DNA of 64,000 bases from Escherichia phage LQ5: sequence record OR677401, one strand, 5' to 3'. The notes beneath the pieces are model-generated. The model was not told the origin of the DNA and searched no databases. It worked only from the letters and a program-made list of their open reading frames with translations. Below, in pieces: positions 37,048 to 45,770 of the stretch; the stretch's first letter is position 1; every line of letters starts with the position of its first letter. Made by a program: the position numbers and the translations under genes.

Positions 37048-37359
37048 ATGCAAAGCCATGACATTTCTCAATTGACCGATGAGCAAATTGAAGAAGCCCA
37101 GCAACGTTTAGAAGAGCACAATATTAAAGAAGCTAATTCTCAAGCGGCTAAGATTCTTAAGAAGAATGCTCGTGAAATCCGTCGTTTAAATCTCCATGCC
37201 CAAGGCGCTGTACTTGAAAACAACTTTGAAGCATATAAGTACGCTTTAATTAAATTACGCGGTATTTACCGTCAACCTGTTACTGATGAACTTGTTCAAT
37301 TGATGTGGGAATCTACCCGCAAACAAATTTGGGAAATCGTCAATGGCCCTAGTAAATAA
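37048..37359 (+). CDS. hypothetical protein
   Basis: 103-aa ORF. Confidence 0.5.
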   Translation: MQSHDISQLTDEQIEEAQQRLEEHNIKEANSQAAKILKKNAREIRRLNLHAQGAVLENNFEAYKYALIKLRGIYRQPVTDELVQLMWESTRKQIWEIVNGPSK

Positions 37360-37543
37360 ACCCTTTAAACGGCTTCTTATTGGGGCCGCCTTTAGACTTC
37401 GCTCATACAGTAATATCTGTATTAAGCAGTCCGAAACCGAATATAAAATGGTCGGCCAGTATTCCGATGGAATTTTTCGGATTGAGCCTGTAGCCAAGGT
37501 TTGGGTAGATTCTCATCAACTTAAGAAATGGTGGCAACGATGA
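37343..37543 (+). CDS. hypothetical basic protein
   Basis: 66-aa ORF, weak RBS. Confidence 0.35.
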   Translation: MALVNKPFKRLLIGAAFRLRSYSNICIKQSETEYKMVGQYSDGIFRIEPVAKVWVDSHQLKKWWQR

Positions 37544-37601
37544 TAACGTGGACAGGTGGCTAATGAAAGACGAATACGAAAAAGTTTAAGAGGTTGTATG
37601 A

Positions 37602-37775
37602 ATGACGAATTCGATGGATTTTGATAAGATTAAATCTGACAAAAACGAGATGATACTTCAATTTGAAGCCGCTCGTATTAAAGCAGAAAATGAAGGTACT
37701 ATTACCTATAAGCCTATCAAGTTCAGGTCTAATCACGAACCTCTGTACGGTGTATTAGTTGGTAAAGGAGCTTAG
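37602..37775 (+). CDS. small ORF (57 aa)
   Basis: ATG 37602 after AAGAGG; stop inside terminator loop; below ORF-track cutoff. Confidence 0.4.
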   Translation: MTNSMDFDKIKSDKNEMILQFEAARIKAENEGTITYKPIKFRSNHEPLYGVLVGKGA

Positions 37776-37786
37776 GCTCCTTTTTT
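37767..37786 (+). terminator. intrinsic terminator GGAGC-TTAG-GCTCC + T6
   Basis: Read directly. Confidence 0.7.
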
Positions 37787-37809
37787 GCTTTCTAAACGGA
37801 TGATAAAAT
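37786..37809 (+). promoter_or_regulatory. MotA-type middle promoter (TGCTT box, 13 nt, TAAAAT)
   Basis: TGCTT at 37786-37790, -10 TAAAAT at 37804-37809; same spacing as promoter at 60257. Confidence 0.45.
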
Positions 37810-37815
37810 AAATCT

Positions 37816-38670
37816 ATGAAATACATTACATACCTGACAATATATTCCGGGACTAAGCTTCCACCGTTTTATATAGGGTCCACTACTTTAGAGAAGCATT
37901 TAAAAGGATACCATGGGAGCGTCCTTTCTAAAGCATATAAAGAAATCTATAACAAGGAGCTTTTAGAGCATCCTGAATTATTTGACTCATGTATTGTAAG
38001 TGAACACCCTACAAGAGAAGAGGCTTTAGAAGCTGAAAGAATGTACCAGTTAAGAACCGATGCGGCCCAAAATCCTCTATTCTTTAATATGGCTGTCGCA
38101 GCTCCTAAAGGATTCTTTGGGCTTTCGCTACCTAAAGAGCAACACCCTCTTTACGGCTCTCATAATGCTAAAGGATATATTCATTCCTATAATCCTGTTA
38201 CATTAGAACAAACCTTTGCACCTACAGTCCCCGAAGGATACGTAGAAGGTCGTTCTCCTAATTATAAAGCGTCTAGTCATAATAAGGGTAAGAAGTGGTA
38301 TAACAATGGCGTTGATAAAGGATTATTTGTAGAAGGAAAACAACCTGAATCTTGGGTCCTTGGCAGTTTTCTAACCGATGAACATAAGAAAAACTTGAAA
38401 AAGACCGATGGGATATATGACCCTGATATTCAAAAAGAATTAAAAGAGCTTTGGATTTCTACTGGATTTTTGCCACCGTATAAATTTAGAGAAATAGCTT
38501 TAGCTAAAGGTTTTATGGATGGTAATTATCACAATTTGGTTTATAAAATTTTTAAGCCTACAGTTACAATTACTAGACCTAAGAAAATCTGGGCTAATGA
38601 CGGCATAAAAAGCTTTATGATTTCTGAGATAGAATTTAATAGTGAAATACATTATAAAGGTAGATTATGA
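37816..38670 (+). CDS. GIY-YIG homing endonuclease (Seg-like), free-standing
   Basis: N-terminal YITYLTIYSGTKLPPFYIGST motif; Lys-rich C-terminal half. Confidence 0.7.
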   Translation: MKYITYLTIYSGTKLPPFYIGSTTLEKHLKGYHGSVLSKAYKEIYNKELLEHPELFDSCIVSEHPTREEALEAERMYQLRTDAAQNPLFFNMAVAAPKGFFGLSLPKEQHPLYGSHNAKGYIHSYNPVTLEQTFAPTVPEGYVEGRSPNYKASSHNKGKKWYNNGVDKGLFVEGKQPESWVLGSFLTDEHKKNLKKTDGIYDPDIQKELKELWISTGFLPPYKFREIALAKGFMDGNYHNLVYKIFKPTVTITRPKKIWANDGIKSFMISEIEFNSEIHYKGRL

Positions 38671-39689
38671 AAATTTTGAATATAGGTGATTTGCATATCG
38701 GAGTAAAAGCCGATGACCCTTGGATTCAGGAAATCCAGCTTAACGGTATTAAACAGGCTGTAGAATATTCTAAAGCAAACAATATTGATACATGGATTCA
38801 ATATGGTGATTGGTTCGATGTACGCAAGGCTATCACCCATAAATGTATGGAATTTAATCGCGGTCTGGTGGAAATTATCAGCGATGCAGGTATTAAAGTC
38901 CATGTTATAATTGGTAACCATGATGCAACGTTTAAAAATAGCATAACTCCTAATGCGGTTTCTGAACTTCTTACTCAGTATGAAAATTTTACTGTTTACG
39001 AGAAACCTACTACGGTTAACTTTGATGGCACCGAAATTGATTTGATTCCATGGATGTGTGAAGAAAACACGACCGATATCATGGACCATATCAAAAATAC
39101 CACAGCAGATTTCTGTATAGGTCACTGGGAATTAAATGGTTTCTATTTCTATAAAGGAATGAAATCTCATGGTTTAGAACCTGATTTCCTTAAGAAGTAT
39201 AAGCAAGTATGGTCTGGCCACTTCCACACCATTTCTGATGCGGCAAACGTTAAGTATATTGGTACGCCCTGGACCCTAACTGCGGGTGATGAGAACGACC
39301 CTCGTGGCTTCTGGATTTTCGATACAGAAACCCATAAAATGGATTTCATCATCAATGAAACTTGTTGGCACCGTAAGATTCATTACCCGAATGCGACTAT
39401 CGATTACAAAGATTTTACAAATATTGCGGTTCGTGTTATAGTCGATAAAATTGATGACGGGCTTACTAAGTTCGAATCAGAGCTTGAAAAGGTTGTCCAC
39501 TCTTTGCGTATTGTGTCTAAGGTAGATAACAGTGTTGATATCGATGATTCTGAAGAGGAAGATGAAGTTAAGTCCCTCTTGGATATGATGTATGATTATA
39601 TCGATGCCCTCCCTGATGGCCACACTGAAGACGATGTTAAAGCCCTTAAGACTATGGCCGCACAACTTTATAATGAGGTTACACGATGA
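38667..39689 (+). CDS. 47: recombination endonuclease subunit gp47 (Mre11/SbcD-like)
   Basis: 340 aa; strong match to recalled T4 gp47 (GDLHIGVKADD, IQYGDWFDVRKAITHK, GHWELNGFYFYKGMKSHGLEPDFLK). Confidence 0.92.
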   Translation: MKILNIGDLHIGVKADDPWIQEIQLNGIKQAVEYSKANNIDTWIQYGDWFDVRKAITHKCMEFNRGLVEIISDAGIKVHVIIGNHDATFKNSITPNAVSELLTQYENFTVYEKPTTVNFDGTEIDLIPWMCEENTTDIMDHIKNTTADFCIGHWELNGFYFYKGMKSHGLEPDFLKKYKQVWSGHFHTISDAANVKYIGTPWTLTAGDENDPRGFWIFDTETHKMDFIINETCWHRKIHYPNATIDYKDFTNIAVRVIVDKIDDGLTKFESELEKVVHSLRIVSKVDNSVDIDDSEEEDEVKSLLDMMYDYIDALPDGHTEDDVKALKTMAAQLYNEVTR

Positions 39690-39949
39690 CTTTAGATGAA
39701 TTCAAAAAATCAGGCCTTGAACTAGAACACGACTGCATCGTTATTGATGACGATAACCAAACGAATATCATTAAGTTCTGGTTTGAAGCCGTGAGCACTC
39801 GCGATACCAACGAGCTTATTAAAGTTTATGTTGCTACTGATTGGGCTGTGGAATTTAGCTTTAATGTAATGGTAGATGATACTCCAGAAACATTAATTCA
39901 TATGGCTGAATCATGCATCAAGGATGCTTATAATGATGAAAATGTATAA
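39686..39949 (+). CDS. hypothetical acidic protein
   Basis: 87-aa coupled ORF between 47 and 46. Confidence 0.55.
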   Translation: MTLDEFKKSGLELEHDCIVIDDDNQTNIIKFWFEAVSTRDTNELIKVYVATDWAVEFSFNVMVDDTPETLIHMAESCIKDAYNDENV

Positions 39950-40148
39950 ACATGATTTTCATATTGGCGATGGCTGGTTCGGTAATGTAGAATGGGACGT
40001 GGATGGTTCTTGGTATACCGGAACTATGTATGTCACTTCTGAATATTCTGAAGGTGTTTCATGGGCCATGGAACTTGACGACGTGTTTGCTTCTTCCGAA
40101 GAAATGCTAGAATATGCTGAACAAACAATTCGTGAGAACAATACATGA
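39924..40148 (+). CDS. hypothetical acidic protein
   Basis: 74-aa ORF; start uncertain. Confidence 0.4.
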   Translation: MLIMMKMYKHDFHIGDGWFGNVEWDVDGSWYTGTMYVTSEYSEGVSWAMELDDVFASSEEMLEYAEQTIRENNT

Positions 40149-41827
40149 AGACTTTTAAGTTAAAGAAAGTAACGTATAAAAATATTATGTCGGTAGGCCA
40201 GCAACCTATTACAATCCAACTTGACAAGGTCCAAAAGACCTTAGTCACCGGTAAAAATGGTGCTGGGAAATCTACGTTCCTTGAAGCCGTTACATTTGCT
40301 CTGTTCGGTAAGCCTTTTCGTGATGTTAAGAAAGGGCAGTTGATTAACTCAAGTAATAAGAAAGACCTTTTGGTCGAACTGTGGATGGAATATGATGGCA
40401 AAGAATACTACATCAAACGTGGGCAAAAACCGAACGTTTTTGAAATCTCTTGTGGCGGTGAACGTCTTGATGAATCTGCCAGCAGTAAAGACTTCCAAGC
40501 AGAATTTGAACAGCTTATCGGAATGTCCTATGCAAGCTTCAAACAGATTGTCGTACTTGGTACAGCAGGGTATACCCCTTTCATGGGTTTGTCGACCCCT
40601 GCGCGCCGAAAGCTTGTGGAAGACCTCTTAGAGGTTTCTGTATTAGCGGATATGGATAAGTTGAACAAATCTTTGATTCGCGAGACTAATAGCCAAATCC
40701 AAGTAATAGACGTTAAGCAGGATTCTATTACCCAACAGATTAAAATTTATAATGACAACGAAGAACGTCAACGTAAATTATCCGGCGAGAACGCAGCAAG
40801 ACTACAAGTAATGTATGACGAGCTCGTTAAAGAAGCCAGGACTGCGAAGGGCCATATAGAAAAACTAACTGATGAATTACTCAATGTCATTGTCGACGAT
40901 GACCCTAGCAACTCCATGAGTGACCTGAGCAATAAAGGGTTTGCAATCAAGAATGATATGGCAACCTTTACTAAGGTCGTGAAATTATACGAAACCGGTG
41001 GTAGTTGTCCTACATGTATGCAAGGATTGGAAGAGCATGGAAATATCCTTACTAAAATTAAGGATAAGAACTTTGAGCTTCAAAAATCTTTGGATAAGAT
41101 TAACGAGCAATACCAAGAGCTCAAACTTATTAAAGACCAAGTAACTGAGCAACGTAATAAAGCGCTGGCTATTAAATCTCAGATAGCTACTCATAAGCAA
41201 CAAGCTGTTACTGCTGTAGAGAAAGCTAAAAAGGTTAAAGTATTAATCGACCAAGCCGCTGCTGAGTTCGTAAGTAATGCCGAAGAGATTGCAGCGCTTC
41301 AAGCAGAGCTTGATAAAATCGTCTCTACCAAATCGTCCTTGGTAATGGAAAAATACCATCGTGGAATTCTGACAGAAATGTTGAAGGATACAGGTATTAA
41401 AGGTTCCATTATTAAGAAATACATTCCTATCTTTAATAAGCAGATAAATTCTTATTTGAAGATTATGGAAGCCGACTACGTCTTTACACTAGACGAAGAG
41501 TTCAATGAGACGATTAAATCACGTGGGCGTGAAGACTTTAGTTATGCTTCATTTTCACAGGGTGAGAAAGCACGTATTGATATCGCACTACTTTTTACAT
41601 GGCGTGATATTGCTTCTAAGGTATCAGGTGTTAATATCAGCACGTTAATTCTTGATGAGGTATTTGACAGTGCTACTGACGCTGAAGGCGTTAAGACCAT
41701 TGCAACCATCTTGAATAGCCTTGAGGATACGAACGTGTTCATTATCTCTCACCGAGACCATGACCCACAAGCATATGGCCAACATCTTCAAATGAAGAAA
41801 GTTGGACGATTCACGGTGTTGGAATGA
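40145..41827 (+). CDS. 46: recombination endonuclease subunit gp46 (Rad50/SbcC-like ATPase)
   Basis: 560 aa; Walker A GKNGAGKST, coiled-coil middle, signature/Walker B near C-terminus. Confidence 0.92.
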   Translation: MKTFKLKKVTYKNIMSVGQQPITIQLDKVQKTLVTGKNGAGKSTFLEAVTFALFGKPFRDVKKGQLINSSNKKDLLVELWMEYDGKEYYIKRGQKPNVFEISCGGERLDESASSKDFQAEFEQLIGMSYASFKQIVVLGTAGYTPFMGLSTPARRKLVEDLLEVSVLADMDKLNKSLIRETNSQIQVIDVKQDSITQQIKIYNDNEERQRKLSGENAARLQVMYDELVKEARTAKGHIEKLTDELLNVIVDDDPSNSMSDLSNKGFAIKNDMATFTKVVKLYETGGSCPTCMQGLEEHGNILTKIKDKNFELQKSLDKINEQYQELKLIKDQVTEQRNKALAIKSQIATHKQQAVTAVEKAKKVKVLIDQAAAEFVSNAEEIAALQAELDKIVSTKSSLVMEKYHRGILTEMLKDTGIKGSIIKKYIPIFNKQINSYLKIMEADYVFTLDEEFNETIKSRGREDFSYASFSQGEKARIDIALLFTWRDIASKVSGVNISTLILDEVFDSATDAEGVKTIATILNSLEDTNVFIISHRDHDPQAYGQHLQMKKVGRFTVLE

Positions 41828-42015
41828 GTGATTTTATAACAGGCCAGCATTTGTTGGCCGTTCCTGAACTAAAGCGGTATGTTTTAGTTAATAACTTCTC
41901 TGGAGACGAACATCTTGTTACTGAAGATTATCTCCGAAATGCTTTTACGACAGAGTATGATAAAATCATGTCGAACAGGAACCCTGCCTGGTTCGTTTAT
42001 GAATACTTTGATTAA
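41824..42015 (+). CDS. hypothetical protein
   Basis: 63-aa coupled ORF. Confidence 0.5.
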   Translation: MSDFITGQHLLAVPELKRYVLVNNFSGDEHLVTEDYLRNAFTTEYDKIMSNRNPAWFVYEYFD

Positions 42016-42077
42016 ACGTTAAGTGCTTTAAAATATTGATTTATAATACATCTACCAACCAAATGAGAGAAAATATT

Positions 42078-42491
42078 ATGTTTGCTAACGCTATTACTGT
42101 TAAAGATATCCAAGTTAAAACCATTCGTACCGATTCCAACCCGCACAATCAAAATCGTATTCGTAAATCATGGGTACTGAATATTGATACCAACTCTGCA
42201 CGTCGTCTGCAGTCTCTTCCACAAGAAACTAAGTTCATGCTCTACGGTATCATTGATAACGACGTATCTGATAAGTGGGTAGAAATCATGCGTCGTCATT
42301 ATAACGATTCGCTGGCCGCAGGTGCTAAACTGGTTATCGACCGTGATGGTTCTGAACGTCTCGAAGATGATTATTGCGTAGATTTTGACGAACAGTTGCT
42401 TGAAGCCGGTGCTATTGTTGCTTCCCAGATTCCAGAGTATATTGAATCTCTGCCTGAATCCATTCGTAAACAAATGATCGTTATTGCTTAA
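42078..42491 (+). CDS. rpbA: RNA polymerase binding protein RpbA-like
   Basis: 137 aa directly upstream of gene 45 as in T4; ATG 42078 after GAGAGAAAA. Confidence 0.55.
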   Translation: MFANAITVKDIQVKTIRTDSNPHNQNRIRKSWVLNIDTNSARRLQSLPQETKFMLYGIIDNDVSDKWVEIMRRHYNDSLAAGAKLVIDRDGSERLEDDYCVDFDEQLLEAGAIVASQIPEYIESLPESIRKQMIVIA

Positions 42492-42515
42492 TTTTTGACT
42501 TGATAAGGAAACATT

Positions 42516-43214
42516 ATGAAATTCTCTAAAGAAACTCTGAACATTCTGAAAAACTTCTCCAGTATTAACCCAGGTATCATGCTTAAGCCTGGTAACACTA
42601 TTCTAACTCGTTCAGTAACGGGTGCAAGTTATGGTGAAGCTACTGTAAGCGATACCTTTGATATCGAAGCCGCAATCTATGATTTGAACGGCTTCTTAAG
42701 TATTCTGTCATTGGTATCTGATAGTGCTGAAGTTTCGGTAAGTGAAGACCAAACCACCTTAATTATTAAAGACCAACGTTCAACTATTAAATGGCCTATT
42801 GCCGACCCAAGTACAATTGCATTCCCAAGCAAAGCTATTCCATTCCCGGTGGCTGAAGTTATTTTTGACCTTAAAGCCGAAGATTACCAACAGTTGATGC
42901 GTGTGTCCTCTGGATTGAGTATTGATACATTTGCTATCACTGTAGACAACGGTAAAATTGTAATCAATGGCTACAAACAAGTTGATGATAAGGACCTGGC
43001 ACGTCCATTGTATTCCTTAGTGGTTGCAGACCATGATGGTCCTGAATTCAAATTCATTATCAACAAAACCAATATGAAAATGATGCCTGCTGATTACCAT
43101 GTATTGCTATGGGCTCGTGGTGAAGGTCAGGATGCTCGTTTCGCAGCCAAGTTTGAAGGTTCACAAGCTTCTTATGTATTGGCTATGGAAGCAGGCTCAA
43201 GCCACTCGTTCTAA
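42516..43214 (+). CDS. 45: sliding clamp gp45
   Basis: 232 aa; strong match to recalled T4 gp45 (INPGIMLK.G, TIKWPIADPSTIAFP, KFIINKTNMKMMPADY). Confidence 0.95.
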   Translation: MKFSKETLNILKNFSSINPGIMLKPGNTILTRSVTGASYGEATVSDTFDIEAAIYDLNGFLSILSLVSDSAEVSVSEDQTTLIIKDQRSTIKWPIADPSTIAFPSKAIPFPVAEVIFDLKAEDYQQLMRVSSGLSIDTFAITVDNGKIVINGYKQVDDKDLARPLYSLVVADHDGPEFKFIINKTNMKMMPADYHVLLWARGEGQDARFAAKFEGSQASYVLAMEAGSSHSF

Positions 43215-43780
43215 TGTACATTTGCTATCATAATACAATAACAAATACCAAAACTAAGGATGTCTACCATTATTTCGGTAGACACCGTGTTACTCCTGAA
43301 GAATATTATGGTACTGGTAAATTTGTTAAGAAATGCAAACGAGAAAATGCTATAACTCCTGGTGTTTGGGAGTTTAGTATTGAGGTTGTCCACAAAGCGG
43401 ATACATTTAAAGAAGCCAAACTTATTGAAGAGGCACTTGTTAAAGAAGGTATTGCCAAGTATGGTTCACGTTGTGTTAATAAAGCTCCCGGTGGTCCGGG
43501 TGGTGTAGATTTCCACAGTGCTGAATCTAAACGTAAGATGTCTATCAGCCGAACCGGAAAATCAAGAACATTTTCCGAAAGCCATAAGCTTAATTGCTCT
43601 AAATGGCAACGCTCTGAAATATGGCAGAATTATGAAGAGCTCCGTAAGATTTGGATAGAACTTGGTATGCCTAAAAAGGGTAGATTTAGTACGCTTTTAC
43701 AAAATTATGGATATAATTATTCTGCAAACGAATTGAATAAAATTGTTAAACATTTTAATGAGGAAAATAATAATGAGTAA
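43214..43780 (+). CDS. homing-endonuclease-like ORF inserted between genes 45 and 44
   Basis: 188 aa; Lys/Ser-rich NUMOD-like repeats (SAESKRKMSISRTGKSRTFSESHK); no T4 gene at this position; family unassigned. Confidence 0.5.
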   Translation: MYICYHNTITNTKTKDVYHYFGRHRVTPEEYYGTGKFVKKCKRENAITPGVWEFSIEVVHKADTFKEAKLIEEALVKEGIAKYGSRCVNKAPGGPGGVDFHSAESKRKMSISRTGKSRTFSESHKLNCSKWQRSEIWQNYEELRKIWIELGMPKKGRFSTLLQNYGYNYSANELNKIVKHFNEENNNE

Positions 43781-44750
43781 AGTGGTAAATGGTTTAACTA
43801 TTAATGAAAATGACTTCATGTGGGAACAGAAATATCGTCCGGGTACTTTATCTGAATGTATTCTGCCTGCACATGATAAAGAAACTCTCCAAGCCATTGT
43901 TAATAAGGGTCTAATCCCTAACATTATCCTAGTCTCTGCTTCACCAGGCACAGGTAAAACTACCGTAGCTAAAGCATTGTGTGCTGATACAAATTCAGAT
44001 ATGCTTTTTGTTAACGGTTCCGACTGCCGTATTGATTTCGTTCGTAATGAACTTACTCGTTTTGCATCTTCCAAATCTATCGAAGGTAAACGTAAGGTAA
44101 TTGTTATCGACGAATTCGACCGCGCAGGTGTTGCTGAAGCTCAACGTCACCTTCGTTCATTCTTAGAGGCCTATTCCTCAAACTGTTCTGTAATTATTAC
44201 AGCAAACAATATTGATGGTATTATCGGCCCACTTCAATCCCGTTGTCGTGTTATTAAATTTGGTGAAGCCACTCCAGCCGACCAAACATCCATGATGAAA
44301 GAAATGATTCATCGTGCTGTAGCAATCTGTAAAAACGAAAATATCGAAGTCGAAGACCTTAAAGTTATTGCTGCCTTAGTTAAACAAAACTTTCCTGACT
44401 TCCGTAAAACAGTTAACCAACTGGACCGTTACTCATCCGGTGGTAAAATCGATACAGGCATTTTGAGTATTGTAATGAATACCAATTCGCCTATCGATGA
44501 AGTAGTGGCTGCACTTAAAGATAAAAACTTTAAAGAACTCCGTGCATTAGCTCCACGCCATGTCAATGACTATTCCAACTTTATTATGTCGCTGGCTAAC
44601 GAACTCTATGGTAAATTGCCTGGGCCAAGCATTGTTAGAATGTACGAAATTGTCGGTGAAAATAACCAATACCATGGTATTGCGGCCAACCCAGAAATTC
44701 ACATGACTTATCTGTTCATCCAACTTGCTCTGGAGCTCCAATGGCTATAA
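43773..44750 (+). CDS. 44: clamp loader large subunit gp44
   Basis: Strong match to recalled T4 gp44 (EQKYRP, SPGTGKTTVAKALC, RKVIVIDEFDR, YEIVGENNQYHGIAAN); start 43773 overlaps upstream stop. Confidence 0.95.
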   Translation: MSKVVNGLTINENDFMWEQKYRPGTLSECILPAHDKETLQAIVNKGLIPNIILVSASPGTGKTTVAKALCADTNSDMLFVNGSDCRIDFVRNELTRFASSKSIEGKRKVIVIDEFDRAGVAEAQRHLRSFLEAYSSNCSVIITANNIDGIIGPLQSRCRVIKFGEATPADQTSMMKEMIHRAVAICKNENIEVEDLKVIAALVKQNFPDFRKTVNQLDRYSSGGKIDTGILSIVMNTNSPIDEVVAALKDKNFKELRALAPRHVNDYSNFIMSLANELYGKLPGPSIVRMYEIVGENNQYHGIAANPEIHMTYLFIQLALELQWL

Positions 44751-45313
44751 GTCTTTTTGATGATGACGTCGAACTGAACGAACATGAAGTTGCTTGGAAA
44801 TCACGTAATGACGCTGCAATTCAAGCCTTGGCCGATTCATTTAAAGAAAAGGCTGAAAACGAACTGTTCGCTATTATGAACGATATCACGTATGGTAAGA
44901 ACCAACGTAACCTGGCTCAATCGGAAAACTATAATCAATTTTGGCTCGATAATAGTTTGAGCCAACATGTGGATTGCATTATGCAAGCTGCAATGGTTAA
45001 CTGTTTGAAACTTGATGACCAAAGTCATTTCAACTATCTTTTACACGCAGTTCCTAAGGGTAAGAGATTTGGTAAATGGGCTAAGGCCCGTGATGATGAA
45101 GTTAGTGTAGTTTTTATTACTCGTTTATTGATGAAATACCATTCAATTAATAATGATGACGCTTATCGTTATCTCGAGACTTATAAAATTAAAGGACATC
45201 TTCCAGCGGTTCTTAAGAAGATGAAAGGGCTGGTTACTGACGAGTTCCTGAAATCCGTAACCAAAAATGTTAAAGAACAAAAAGACTTGAAAAAGAAAGC
45301 ATTGGAATGGTAA
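44741..45313 (+). CDS. 62: clamp loader small subunit gp62
   Basis: 190 aa, coupled to gp44 end; T4 gene order 44-62-regA. Confidence 0.85.
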   Translation: MAISLFDDDVELNEHEVAWKSRNDAAIQALADSFKEKAENELFAIMNDITYGKNQRNLAQSENYNQFWLDNSLSQHVDCIMQAAMVNCLKLDDQSHFNYLLHAVPKGKRFGKWAKARDDEVSVVFITRLLMKYHSINNDDAYRYLETYKIKGHLPAVLKKMKGLVTDEFLKSVTKNVKEQKDLKKKALEW

Positions 45314-45319
45314 ATTAAA

Positions 45320-45682
45320 ATGATTGAAATTACTCTGAAACAACCTGAAGACTTCTTGAAAGTGAAAGAGACCCTAACTCGTATGGGTATCGCTAATAAT
45401 AAAGAAAAGAAACTATATCAATCCTGCCACATTCTGCAAAAGCAAGGGCTATATTATATCGTCCACTTTAAAGAGATGTTACGTATGGATGGCCGCCAAG
45501 TTGATATCGATGGTGAAGACTATCAACGTCGAGATTCAATTGCCCAGCTTCTTAAGGAGTGGGGACTGATTGATATCGTAGACGACTCTGAGCTGTTCGA
45601 AATCACTAATAATTTCCGTGTCATTTCCTTTAAGCAGAAAAATGACTGGGAACTACTGTCTAAATACACAATCGGTAATTAA
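45320..45682 (+). CDS. regA: translational repressor RegA
   Basis: 120 aa, near-identical to recalled T4 RegA (MIEITLK.PEDFLKVKETLTRMGIANNK). Confidence 0.92.
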   Translation: MIEITLKQPEDFLKVKETLTRMGIANNKEKKLYQSCHILQKQGLYYIVHFKEMLRMDGRQVDIDGEDYQRRDSIAQLLKEWGLIDIVDDSELFEITNNFRVISFKQKNDWELLSKYTIGN

Positions 45683-45692
45683 ATTAAGCAAA

Positions 45693-45712
45693 GGGACTTC
45701 GGTCCCCTTTTT
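45693..45712 (+). terminator. hairpin GGGAC-TTCG-GTCCC + T-run between regA and 43
   Basis: Read directly; may also be part of a gene 43 translational operator. Confidence 0.55.
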
Positions 45713-45770
45713 GGAGTATAATAATTCATCAACAAACAAAAGACAATCACTCGTCTATAAAGGAAATGAA